Of a stretch of 64,000 nucleotides of DNA, positions 12,179 through 24,900 are shown one piece after another (positions within the stretch are counted from its first letter, which is position 1; each line of letters begins with the position of its first letter). The stretch covers positions 806,001 through 870,000 of the forward strand of contig BQFW01000003.1 in the NCBI GenBank assembly GCA_020891255.1. The letters run 5' to 3'. The translations under genes and the position numbers were made by a program. This DNA is from Entomortierella parvispora E1425. Its lineage: Eukaryota; Fungi; Mortierellomycota. The notes under the pieces are model-generated. The model saw only the letters and a program-made list of their open reading frames with translations. It was not told the origin of the DNA and made no database searches.

Positions 12179-13600
12179 ATGTTGACCAACCTTCACAGCA
12201 GTCATTCAGACTTCCAGCAGGGGACTGTCCGTCCCCTGCCTATGTCCGCCGTTTACAACAAACAACAGTTTATCTCGCAGTTCGCGTCCCTTCATCATCT
12301 CAGCACACAGCCAGCGCTTATCCATCAGCTTTTGACGACGAGGCTACCCAATATGTTTGTAGAGTATTGGATCCTCTATGACGATTTCAATCAACCCATT
12401 GCCTGTGCGGCTGCCAACACGGTCATTTCGGACATGTCAGTGGGCTATGTGGGCCTGTTTGAGGCCAAGGATGAGCTGGCTGGCATCTCAGTCCTGAAGG
12501 CCGCCACAGCGTGGCTGCGCGGCGGCGGTCTCCAAGAGTTTGAACCCGTGCGTCAGATCCTGGGGCCGGTCAACTTGACCACCTGGCTCCAATACCGAAT
12601 TCGAGTCGATGAAGATCCAGCCCAGTCCATGTCCTTTGAACCCAGACATCCGCGGTTTTACCAATCGTGCTTCGAAAAGGTACAGGTCGTTTCCTTGAGT
12701 TATCTCTTTTTGTTGTGGAATACTTGACTAGACTACTCACTGGCATCTCGTTGGTAGGCTGGGTTTACCAAGGCTGTTGATTACTACACAACGTTTTTCG
12801 AGATTGATCAACTGATCCACGGCTACAGCTCTTATGTTGGCAGAGACACGGTGGAGGATCTGGGCCTGTCTCTGCAATATTGGAACACTCTCAACTTTGC
12901 GGCCTCGCTTGTGCCCGAGCGACACCCAGGATTGACGGACGAGGACAATGTAGCGAGGCGAGTTTATGATCTCTCCATTGAGCTCTTCCGTGGCAAGGAG
13001 CTTTTTGACGAGTCCCTCTCGCGAAATCACCATCGGCAGCTTGTCTTGAACGATATGATTTCCCGACCCGAGGTCGACAATAGTTCATTATTGGATCTGT
13101 CATCGTTCCTGCGGGATCCAAGAACGGGAGAGGACCTTGGATATCTTGCCTGCTGGATTGAGAACGGTACAACATTGGTGTTAAAGACAGTCGGATATGT
13201 GGAGAAGGTCCGAAAGACAAAGGTCTTTGCTATGGCGGTCCTGGAGACGTTGAAGCGGGCCAGGGACCATTGGGGTTGCTCCAAGGTGGCATGTGCGTTA
13301 ATGAATGAAAGCTCGGCTGGTCTGTCCGAGCGCGTCGGCGGCGAGAGCATTCGCCATGTTTACCGCCTCTATTACCACCAACTCTCCGATCCCAGCTCTG
13401 TTAGCATGGCAGCTGCACCAAAGACAACTGCAGCGACAACAGACAAAAAACACCATGGATTGAAAAGGCATCCAGCCGCGGCTACGGTCCAGGTATCATT
13501 GGAGGTTTCAGGTCCACAACGCCAGCAGCAGCAGCAGCAGCAACAACAACAACACCTCTTTCACCGACGACAGCCTAAAAGACCTATGGCTCGACTTTGA
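12179..13600 (+). CDS. GNAT-fold-like protein resembling bacterial YghO-type proteins, about 447 aa (exons 12179-12679, 12758-13600)
   Basis: GYVGLFEAKDE...VLKAATAWLR...ILGPVNLTTWLQYR...SFEPRHPRFY...AGF pattern. A GT..AG intron joins the two ORFs in frame. The start could instead be the later Met (MSAVYN). Confidence 0.6.
13523..13552 (+). repeat. (CAG)6(CAA)4 polyglutamine microsatellite in the GNAT-like C-terminus
   Basis: Directly visible; encodes Q10. Confidence 0.9.
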
Positions 13601-13869
13601 AAGACATAACGACAGCGCCCAAGATGAACTCTATTTATACCCTCTTTGCTACGACAACAACAACAACAACAGCACATATTCTTTCATGGCATACTTCGGT
13701 AATGACACGACGAAGGCGCGCTTTTCTTCTTTCAAAGAGACGAACAATACGTAAAAAATAAAAAATGTGACTGTCAAATGGACCCTTCTTCAGGGGATGA
13801 GCGACCTTCAAAGGGTGGTCCCCCTGAATTGTTTGCGGATTAATTCATCTCACGTCCATCGCATCAACC

Positions 13870-16788
13870 ATGGAGCCACCACCGCAGGACAAGGACACAT
13901 CAGGAACAGGACTGGAATCACTCTCATCCGATAGTGATGATGATTGTACGAGGGATTGAAAACATGCCCGCTGGATGCATCAGACATCACTTGTATATGA
14001 GACTTACCATGGAACGCCCTTTTTTTCCTTGCTCTTTTGTTCTATGCAGTGCGCCAACTGGAAGAAATCTCGCGTCTGAAAGCGCAGCTGGAGGCTAGAG
14101 TTTTGGAGAAGCAACGGAAGAAAGCCATGGCCAAAGCTTCTTCATCTAGCGATACTCAAGTGGCTCCACTTCCAAGCAAAGAAGGTCTTACGGATGGTGT
14201 TCGAGAAGGAAAGACTGAACCATCGTCTGCACCCATCGAGGTCAATCCGTTCATGGAGACAACCCCTGCTCCAGAACAGGGCAAACAGCGAGCAATCTCA
14301 GGACTCAAATCAAAACGACCCGTAACGACTCCTCCAACTGTAGGCACTCCCTTGATCTCGCCTGGGTACCATATACCTGTCCGTGATCCCGGATTCAGAA
14401 CGCCTTCCCCTCCACCTCGTAGCCGATACGACAACTCACCATCATCAGGAGCATATACACGGTCAAAGAAAAGGCAGCACAGCCCATCGCCTTTACCTCG
14501 ACAAGCGCCCATGTCCGCTCAGCTTGTGAGGAGACCCGTGGCCGTGCCTGTATCTGAGGCTCGGAGACTCTTTGCTGACCATACAGGTACAGCAAATGCT
14601 CCAAATGCGACCAGTCAGCCAGTTTCATCTCCTCAGTCCGCTAGCTCCTCACAGTCTCTCCAGCCGTTGAGGCCGACAGGAACGTCGACTAGCACCCCCA
14701 GCAAACTGGACGATTTCGAAGACTTTGAGTTTGAAAACTTTCCTAGTGATGACGACTTTGATGTCTTGTCGCCTGTAAAGCCCAAAGTGGTCCCTCCTAC
14801 TGTCTTCGAAGATGATCCTTTCAATCCCGTAGAACCGGTAAAGAAAGCACCAGTGGTGGCAGCCACCAGTAGACCACCTGGAGGCAAGTCTACAGCTGTA
14901 CGGAATATAACTGCGCCGAGTCAGGCACCTCGTGGGATGGCGACGACATCAGCGATAACGACGGCAAGCGACATAGTTGACACGGACCCTGTTTCTGGTC
15001 TTCGGATACTGTAAGAACAATAGAGTCTCCTTTTCTAGTGGCGGGTTTTTTTTTGGTCTGACCTATTTACTGACTCCCTTTCCCCACCCTCCAACCTCTA
15101 GTCATCGTGTTGTCCCAAAGGAAGAACTCGCACAGTTGACACAGAGTGCTCGAATTATACCCCTGAAAAACTACGAGCAGATCCGTGAAAAATGCAATCG
15201 ACCGACCATTGGCTCGGCGCCCTCTTACTCTAAACAGGACGAAAACAAGGAAAACTGGGGTTTGACAGGTGTCATTGGGGCGAAGTCAAAACCACGCAAG
15301 ACGGCTCAGAACACAGTGCACAGCTTGTTTCGGCTGTGCGACTTGAGCGGAGCCATAGTGAACTTGTTCATGTTCAAGCCAGTGATGGATGTGCACTACT
15401 CCAAGTTGCAAGTCGGTGATGTCGTAGTGGTCCTCAATCCTGACGTGCTCACTCAGGCAGACGTAAGTATTTCAACTGTGGCGTGGTTGGAGAGTTTGTT
15501 TCGAAGTATGAATCTACAAGATAACAAAACTCAAAAATGATATCTCTTTTTCTCTCTTTTTCGTTATAGCGATCAGGGCCAGTGGGGATCAAGGTTCAAC
15601 AGCCGGAGGGCATCTTCCGGATTGGCAAGAGCAAGGACTATGGATTGTGCGAGGCTGTCAAGCTGAACAATGAGAATTGCGGCCTGATGGTCGACAGGAG
15701 GGCATCCATTTACTGCACTCACCACATCATGACGGCAACAGACAAGCAGCGCAACCAACGTGGAAGTCTAATTGCCGGGACGAGTTCAATCTACGACTTG
15801 GAAAAGAAAAGACCAGGCGTCCACACTGCCTCCTCCACCATGCCAATTCGAATCGGAGGTCCTCAACACACTGCGCGCCGAAAGATCATGGATCCTGCCT
15901 CCACCAAAGATACGACTTATATATTCGATAATGGCAGTACAGGCTCTTCTTCGATGACTCAGCCGACCAAAAAAACCAGAACGAACGAACCCGTAGATGA
16001 CGACTTGTCCTTGTTCTTGATGAGCCAAAATAATCCTGGCGGTCAATATCTACGACAGGCCAAGAGTAGTGGCGATGTGACCTTGGCTAAAGAATTGACC
16101 TCTCCAAGTAAGAACTTCCACCCTGCTGATCAAGGACACTCTTCACCTTATGTTTGAAAAATACTCTCTAACACTCTTTTACTGTATCTTGTCCGTAGAG
16201 CGATCGACAACACCTAAAGAAATGTTCCCAGCAGAGATGGTTCGGCGGATGGGATACGATCCAGTTACAGGACAATTCGTACCTGGAAGTCCACAGCGCG
16301 GCCAGGACGACCCTGAGGCACGAGAACGCTCCATTCGGATGCTGGCGGAGAGAGTCAAGTCGCCACCGAGTGGAGGTCGTATCCGGGATTTCATGGGCAA
16401 AGGAAAAATTTTGACACCAACGAAACGGAAACTGGACTTTGGGCAGCCAGACGTTGCGTCCAAGAGTGCTAAGCTGCCCTCTGGTCGTGAGGTCTCGGGC
16501 AGCGTCTTCTTTGATGACGCAGAAGATGCGCCAGAGAAGGACAAGGGTGGTGAGACAAAACGGTGGATCGACCTTGATGATGGTTCCAGTAGCAGTGGAA
16601 GCGACGAGGAGGGACGGGGCCAAAGTCCTTTGCTTTCATTACAGGAGAAACGGGCTTTGAATCTCCGGAATGCAAGTCTATCAAAGAAACTTGCAGCCTC
16701 ATCGACATCCACTGCCTCCCCAGTCAAGGCAACAACAACCGTCCCTCTTCAGAAAACACTTCCGTCCAAGAGCGAACCCAAGGAATAG
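13870..16788 (+). CDS. MCM10: MCM10 DNA replication factor, multi-exon
   Basis: OB-fold segment (NWGLTGVIGAKSKPRKT...LCDL...VNLFMF...LQVGDVVVVLNP) and CCCH zinc finger (IGKSKDYGLCEAVKLNNENCGLMVDRRASIYCTHH). Confidence 0.88.
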
Positions 16789-16920
16789 AAATGGCTCAAT
16801 TAGTCGAGTGTGTTTCTACCCTTTGCGAACTTGTATAATTAACAAACAATCGCCATGGAATTGAAGGCTTTTAGTTCGGTATTGCTGGCCAGCCGTTAGA
16901 GTAAACAACAATGATACCCC

Positions 16921-16922
<2 letters not shown>

Positions 16923-16958
<36 letters not shown>
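16923..16958. repeat. Poly(T)/poly(A) tract of about 36 nt
   Basis: Directly visible homopolymer, the longest in the window. Confidence 0.9.
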
Positions 16959-17930
16959 CAAAGATCATTGTGCCATTTCAGATACAATTTTGACGCTTTC
17001 CTCCACTTCTTTTGCTGTTCCTCGTTGACCGCAATCGATGGTTGATTCGCTTTGGTTCGCGACTTCATTCTTTCCTCCACTCCCTCGCCCTCAATTCCAG
17101 ACCCTGATCTCTCTACTGTCTCATAGACCTCCCTCCCTCCCTCCCTTTTTCTTTGCAAGTCCTCGTTCCTCATTATCACCGTTGTTTTTGGAAGGGATCA
17201 AGAGCGCAAGTAAGAGAAAATACACATTTCAAGAGGAGACTTATAAACTCCGTAATCCAAACCATCCCGTACCTCTCTTCTCTCATTGGTATAAAGATCG
17301 CCAATAAAATGGATATGGAACAGGACGCCCTGGAAAACTTCCTGCTCTGCCGGTGAACGTTCGCCTAGCCGGTACAAGACGACTGCCAGTCGCCTGGCTT
17401 GGGTTTATTGAGAGATCAATGACTAACTATACGCTCAATGTTGTAGAGCTCGGACATGTTCCTATCTGTCTGACTGTTTGTCTCATGAAACGCAAGGACA
17501 CGCGTACCCCCAGTGGCCAATACGACACATCCTCGCAATTCGTCAAGTCCAATATCAATCTTGAGTCGGCTGTCAAGGACTCCAGACGTGTCGTAAGATC
17601 GCACTTTGCCCCGTGCTATGGTTTGCATGTATCGCTGCAGTTGTTCCATGTCTGCTTGCTTGATGGACTCCAGGGTCACTGTTGTCCACCTACGGTCCTC
17701 CCGTGACAACTGGGCTATGCTACGATGTTGAGGAAAGAAGAGGAGGAAGTGAAGGTAGTTTTTGTACCATATTGGAGGCGAGTCTGTTGACAGATGCAAT
17801 ACGACAATATCATTTATCAGACTCTGCCTGGATCAAGGTGAAGATCACCATGGAAGTCTTGACAACATCGACGATCAGAGCTTCATCCTCTGTTAGCAAA
17901 CGATGTAGGCCGACCTGGTCAACCCTACCC
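16958..17930 (-). other. Possible small spliced gene or gene remnant of unknown function
   Basis: Protein-like segments (HRLLTEDEALIVDVVKTSMVIFTLIQ; LESIKQADMEQLQRYMQTIARG...LYNIE) with candidate GT/AG junctions. No recognisable domain. Confidence 0.25.
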
Positions 17931-20900
17931 TCTGATCATCACTCTCTTGATCTGCTGCTGTATGGCAGAGGAAAAAAATAGATTGACGCGTGAGCGGTAG
18001 ATGACAAAGGCACAAACAGCCCTGCTTTCGCCCTCACAGTAAAGTTGAGGCGAGGGGCAATAGAACAGAGCAGTCGTGAGCACAGAACTACTGCAGCCGG
18101 TGCCTTTTGACAGAAATGGCAATCAAACAGCGTGTAGCGCAACGAGCCCCATATTGAAATCAAACGCAGTGGTGGATGGCAACACCCGCACAAAAAGTGC
18201 AGATAAACACTCATAGTGATACCCGACACAGACGCGAAGGCAAAATACAAATCAACAAGCCGTCGAGGCCCAACAAAGCTGGGAAAATACGAATGCTGTA
18301 TAGTTAGTGCTCAGTTGCCATGCCTTGTTGACGCTTAATGTTTGTTGCTGTGTCTTTGTTGTTGTTGTGTCTTTGTTGATGAGAGGATGAGAGACGCGTC
18401 TGTAGAAAAAAGGCGAGTCACAGAAACGAGGTCAAAGCGCCTTGTACCTGCACCGAACAGCTGCAACCACTCAATCGGTCCGCGGGAAAGTTTGCACCTG
18501 GACCACGTTGATGGAGTCATATGTTCGGCGGAATGAAGGATTACGGACTCAGGGGCGACATTGCTTGTGTCTCTGCCCACCAGCATTGACTTCATACCTG
18601 GCCATTGTTACGCCATCATCTACCTAAACATCTCAGGCCTCAGCTGTTTGTGATAAGGGGAACAGGAAGAGGGGAAAGGAGAAGGGTTAACAGAATCACC
18701 CCCCAGCCATTACGGTAGATACGTTAGTTCCCGTATTCTTGAAGACACCGCCCATATCCAAGTCCGATCTTCGACACATGAGAGTCTGGGCCATGACGCA
18801 CTGGTATCAAGGGGCTGCTAACGGTTTTTAACCATCGCCCCCCTCAGCCTCCTTTGGACGTTACTAAAACGGACGGCTGATGCATGGATGAGCCATATGT
18901 GGTCCAAGATATCCCAAGCGGTTCATCCCTACCCTAACTGCCGAGGTGATCGATCGAGGCTGGAATACAAGGCACTGATACATATGGACACAACTTTGCA
19001 GCAAGAAATTAAAAGAAGTGCCAAATGTGTGCGCCGTCGCCTGTGCTGCGTAGTGGCCAAGCACAAAGAAGTTTCAGGCATAGCTGTGGGTTGGTATCAT
19101 TTGCAACTCCACTTCCAGAGCTCAACTCGCGTGCATGAGTGACTCGGTCCATTTCAGGGCGCAATGGATGGAGCACAGTGCTTCGGACAAATTATAGCGA
19201 TGGGTGCTTCTATTGGCTATTAACAAATAATCGGGGTATGGTTCTATTTGGACCCCAGCCGCGCCTTGCAGGGTCAAATCTTCTGTGTACGTTGTCAGCA
19301 CTATCTCTATACCTCTTGTGTACACACTCTATCAACAGCGATGATGGTCGTTGGTTCTGAACTCCTCATCTTCAGCTGAAGGCCGGATTTTCGAACCGGG
19401 TCTGCTATTGTCATTACTCGACTACTAATCAAAGCGATGGCGTAAGATAGATCACTGACCTCTTAGACAGAACCTCATGTTTTACCTCTCTATGGTACCA
19501 TGGTACACTTCGGTCTTGATAATTGCTGCGCTCGAGCAATTTTTGTTTTGACACTTGGCTATCAGCCCATTGAGCGCGATGGCTTTTTCAAAGATATCGG
19601 CGTTTGTCCACGGAGAAGGGGACTTGCACCGCCAAGGATCAAGAAAAACCCGTGAAGACGCGCTCTGGCGCAGTGATCTTCTGACCTAATGCTCAGTTTG
19701 TTAAAAAAAATGAGAGAGAACGGAAAATGCAAACTGATAAGTTCTGGACAGAGTTGCTTAGGTCAATATGGATCCAATTCTATGGACTGGAGCATCATTT
19801 TTATTGTTAACGAAACTAGAGGTACCCATGCCATCCATTATTAATTTTTAAGAATAGAAGACCGCGCGTTAAAATGATGAAGAGGGGAAGAGAAGAAAAG
19901 ATAGCCAAAGTAGAGTGAGTAATTGCTGTTGAAGAAATGGTTTACAGAAGGGAAGGCACATCCATTGCGATCTTTGGCAGCGATCCTTTTCTGTTGGATG
20001 TTGGCACGTGTTTTTTTTTTTTTTTTTTGGTGGTGGGTGTAGAATAGGTTTGGATTGAGAGGAGAGCAAGCGAGCAAGCGGTTCCTTTGAACACCGGGGA
20101 TGAACACCGGGAATGAAGAACAGGCGGGATGCCGAACGAATGGATGTAAAACGGCAACCGAAAATATTGAGGTTCCTGGGTAAAAATCGTCGGCGCACAG
20201 TTCTTTGCTTGCATGCCGAGCTTGTGGCAAAAATCAGCTGGAGTTGAGGCGAGCCTTGTGAGTGGAACTGAGATAACGGGTAATCCATTTTTTCAACCTC
20301 CTTCTATGTACCTGTGGTACCTTTTTTGTTGCCTTGAAACGACCATCCGATCGCTTTCGGCGACCTGGGTGGTCCGGCAAGCCGAGCAGTCGACTTTCGC
20401 GAAGTGGCTGCGGAGCAAGAACATGTACTCTCGAGCAATTTGATCTCTTCCGAGAATGTACCCTTTCGAGAATGTACTTACCCATTGCTGATCCAAGAGC
20501 AAAGTCCAATTTTACGTTGAAGTAACATGTAAAGTGCAAACAGAGATTTCACCCATGGAGATTCTTTTGCTAAATGAAAAGGCCTACAGGTGATGGCACT
20601 CTCTGTCAGATATTATCCGGGGGTAAGGGTAACCATCATTTGCCGAAAGGCAACGTCGTTTTCCTCGCCGCCTTTGCAGCCTGCACCCTTGATTCAAGCC
20701 GAGAAAAGAGAGGAGCCAGTCTCCACCTTCAAATTGGAATTCAGAAAACCTGCATGCATGCCTTTCGACCGGGGCTGAAAAAAAATTTGGACACAAAAGT
20801 GAGCCTGTCTCCACACCGAACCTGTGGAATGCGGCTGTTTTTCTCTTTCTCTCTTGTGATAATTCCTCTGCTCCTATTCTGGGAATTTGGGAGCCGTACC

Positions 20901-21939
20901 GCGCAATCCAGTGTCTTTGTTTATGGGGCCCTCGTTTTTGGGCGCCATCCCGAGTGTTTATTTTTTTTTTTTTTTTTTTTTTTTTTGCATGCTGGCGTTC
21001 TGTGTTGCGGGAAACATCAATTGGTGCTGAGATCCAACAGTACTTTCGCTTCATTTTTTTTTCTGGTGGCGACGATAGCTAAAATGAACTAAAGTACCAG
21101 CGCCAGAGCTGTGTCTAACGCTCTGAACGAGGAGATGCCGGCTCTTCCTCCAAATGCAGTGGCCAGGCCCACCAGGTTTCTCTTTGTCCATGAACAAACA
21201 ACGGAGGCACGTGTTGAAAGCGATTCGAAGCGCGGATCTTGGACTCGGTCTGGTGTCCAGACCGTGAGAGCTTTTCCATCGGATCAAAGAGTGAAGACTC
21301 GAGCGGGATGATCAGTAGCTTTGTCCAGTAGCTTTGTCTGTTAGCCAGATGAAGGTCATTTATTTCGCAAGCTTGTTTTCCCAGTGAGCTCTCGGGTGTG
21401 AGCACCACGCTGAAGGAACAACGAAAAAGGTCCCACAAACACGCGCAAGGTACATGGCTCGAGTACCACGAGTGTTTGCGATTAAATTCAAGGTCAGATC
21501 GAGCGATGGTTGTCATTCATCCCACGAGCACATGCGTTGCGTCGATCGCTGCTCATATTTAGCAAAAACGCAAAAACGTCGCTTCTCTGAGTTAACGTTG
21601 GTCGTACGTTAACGCACTCACCAGTTACCGTAAGTCCGAGGGATGTGTGGTAAACAGAGCATTCTCTTTATTCGAATGAATGAATGGACCGTTTGTCCAC
21701 CCCAAGTATGTACAGTATGGGCTTTGCAATGAAGAAAGAGCTCTGTCACCGTTGCGGTCAAAAAGGGACGATCATTTGCGCACACAAGTTCACCTTTTCT
21801 TCATCCCTCGCTTTTTTCTTTTGATTCTTTCCCCTGCACCTCTTCATCCTTCTTTCCACTCGTCTTCACCGCATCATCATACCAGTAATAATCACTCCCG
21901 CGCTCACCTCTGTTCCTACAAGCTGCTAATATACCAATC

Positions 21940-24900
21940 ATGAGTCCATCCGTTGCAGAGGTAACCAATCCTCTCATTCCAATACTCGTCGTCGACTGAA
22001 AGCTGTGAAGTGCTTCACGATCTCTGACAAGACCCTCCATCCTCGCACAATAGATCCCAAGACCAACTACCAGCGATCCAACAGGAGCGGCCAAGGAGAT
22101 CGCCGTCTCACAGCTTCATGATTTCCTCTCTGGAGGATTCCCCGATATCTTTCGATGGAGTCTCCATCGAACACCAACCTCCGAGGAACTCAACGGGAAC
22201 CTTTGCAGTCTGTTCAACGCCATGTTTGTCCATTTCAGAGACACTTTACCTTCGAGCGAACCTTCACCCGATTGCTTCATCTTCACAGAACCCGGCAAGC
22301 AGGCCGTGACTTTTGATGAACTTTGCAGCCGCATCACTCATTTCACCCAGATCTTGGCTCAGCAAGGCAACCAGAAGAACAAGTCATCCACTCAACCCTT
22401 GAACACAGGAGACAAGGTCTTGATCCTGTCTTCACTGGGAGTAGACTTTTTCGTGGGGGCGATCGCCTGTCTTGCGCTGGGAGCGACCCTGATCTTGCTG
22501 GATCCGTACATGGAGCGAGCCAAGATGAATGTGTGCATCGAGTCTGTTCTTCCGATCAGCCATATTGTCACGAATATGAGGCTGACCTCGTTCAAGAAGT
22601 GGATCCTCTCCAGAGCTGTACCCGCGCTGAAGAAGATCCCGAATGTGGTCGAGATCCCAGTCAATGTTGAGTAAGTTGAACTAGCTTTTTTTGTTGTTGT
22701 TGTTGTTCTGTGCGAGATGATGGATCATTCTTGAACACAGTCTCAAGGTGACAACAAAAAAAATCACAGACTCTGACCCTCCATTGCCCCATGCCACCGA
22801 ACAAACAATAGTAAAAAGATCCTCTCCGCCGTGCCAAAAACTATTCCAGTGGTCTCCGTCCCTGGAAACACGACCGCATTGCTCTCATTCACAACAGGAT
22901 CAACTGGCAATCCCAAGCCCATCCGCCGATCGCACGACTACCTTCGAGCTCAAACCATCGCCGTCTTTTGCCAAAGAGAGATCAAGGCTTCGAGCGCCGA
23001 ATTCCCTTCTACACAGCCACCATCCACGACCGACGCCACAGAGACGAAGGCGACAGCACCGCACAAACCTGTCAAGGCTGTCACCAACCTTCCTGTGTTT
23101 ATCTTTGGCCAGATCATGCTTGGTTACACGACCCTGATCCCGGATAACTTTAACCCTGCAGGCGTCAACCCAGCCCCCCTTCTGCAGGCCATGATTCGAC
23201 ACAACGTCCAGGTCGCCTTTGGATCCCCGGCTTTCTTCCTTCGCTTGTTGCAGCACCTCGAAGAGACGAGTGGCGTGGATCAGCATGGAAAATTCTTGAG
23301 CCCTCTGCCTGTCCGTGTCCTATGCTTGGGCGGTGCTCCTGTTTTCTCGTCCGAGCTGGACATCATGAGACGCGGTGTCAAAGGCTCGGCCTTTATCTTT
23401 TATGGCGCCAGTGAGGCCGAGCCCATCTCCAAGATCCGCGTTGAGGAGCGCATCCTACTCGAGGCCAACCCTGGCTCGAACAAGGAGACGGCTCAAAAGA
23501 CCAGCAAGCGCTCAAACCGCATCTCGCGAATTGACTTTTCTAACCCAGAATCTGAATCAGGATTCGAGGGTGGCAATGTGAACGCAATCTGCGTGGGCCA
23601 TGTCAACTTGGATGGTGGATTTGCACACACAGCCATTGCTCCCCTCGATGGCGAGGTTCTCAGTGGTGGTGAGCAGTTCTTGGAGCAGGGCCATATTGGC
23701 GAGATCGTAGTCTCAGGCCCCCATGTCCACATTACGACCACTTCGGATGACGATCGCATCCTCCACGAGAAACCATCCGTTGCTAGCGGTGGAAAGGACC
23801 GGATTTGGCTCCGGACTGGAGACTGCGGTTACCTCGATGGAGCTAACCGTCTCTGGCTTGTGGGAAGAGCATCCTGGGTAGTAAAGGAGAACGCCGAAGA
23901 TAACAGCGTCGAGGGTGGATTGAACTCTCTTCGGTACTGGCCCATTGCAATTGAACGCTCTGTCCTCGAGACTTTTGGTCCTTCACATGGAGTGACCTAT
24001 GTGGTCTTCATGCCCTCGGGAACCACCAAGAAGCCAGCACTATTTGTTGAGGCACCACAAGGACTCCCCCTGGCTGCTCATTCATTGATCTTGGAGCATT
24101 TGCAAGAGACCTTTGATGTTCCTGTGGACGAGCTGCACGTTTTCCGCAAGTTGCCTAGAGACAAGCGCCACGCATCCAAGATCAACACAATGGCTTTGAG
24201 CAAGATGATCAAGGACAAGAAGGCCACTGACAAGATTGTGGTATTACGTAGCAACATTTCCGGCACCTTGAACGACGGTCTCCGCCGTGGGTTCACTGCC
24301 ACTTCGCTCAAGAGTTCTGATAGTTCCCTGGACTTGGTGGCTCGCAACACACTCGCTAACACTCAGGTTGTTTCCACCGAGCCTCTGGAGAACCGCTACC
24401 AGTTTTCGGATGCTGATCAGGTCCAGTTTTTGTTCGCCTGGCACCCTGCTCCTGTACTCGCGCAGTTTGGAGGCGGCAAAGCCAAGAACATGGCCACGCT
24501 CACGAATCTTGTCAACAAGGTCCAAGGTGTCAATGCCACTGTGCCAGCTTGGTTCTGTGTCTCGACTGAAGCATTCAAGTCCTTCTTGGTCGAGAATCAC
24601 TTGGATTCACAGATTGCGCCTCATATTACAACGGCAGAGGGCTTAGAGGCTTTCCATGATGCACTGACGAAGAAGGTCATGGCTGCACCTCTTTCTTCTG
24701 CCATGTTGAAGGAAATCACGGCTCTGATTGACCACCTTCGCTCAACCTCAACCTCCTCTACGACAACCAAGCCCTACTTTGCCGTTCGATCATCCGGAGC
24801 TGACGAAGACTCTGTCTCGCACTCGTTTGCTGGACAGTTTGATTCCTTCTTGTACCGCCAGTCGACAGAGGAGATCATCGAAGCTCTCAAAAGGTGCTGG

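Noticed and set aside
16923-16958. Poly(A) tail of a LINE or retrocopy
   Set aside because: No reverse-transcriptase or endonuclease motifs and no convincing target-site duplication; long homopolymers are common throughout this window.
22748-23137. Separate 129-aa ORF inside the fusion gene
   Set aside because: Partly intronic and otherwise an alternative frame of exon 3.
21940-24300. Calling the adenylation domain part of an NRPS
   Set aside because: No carrier-protein (GGxS) or condensation (HHxxxDG) domain seen in this gene or elsewhere in the window.
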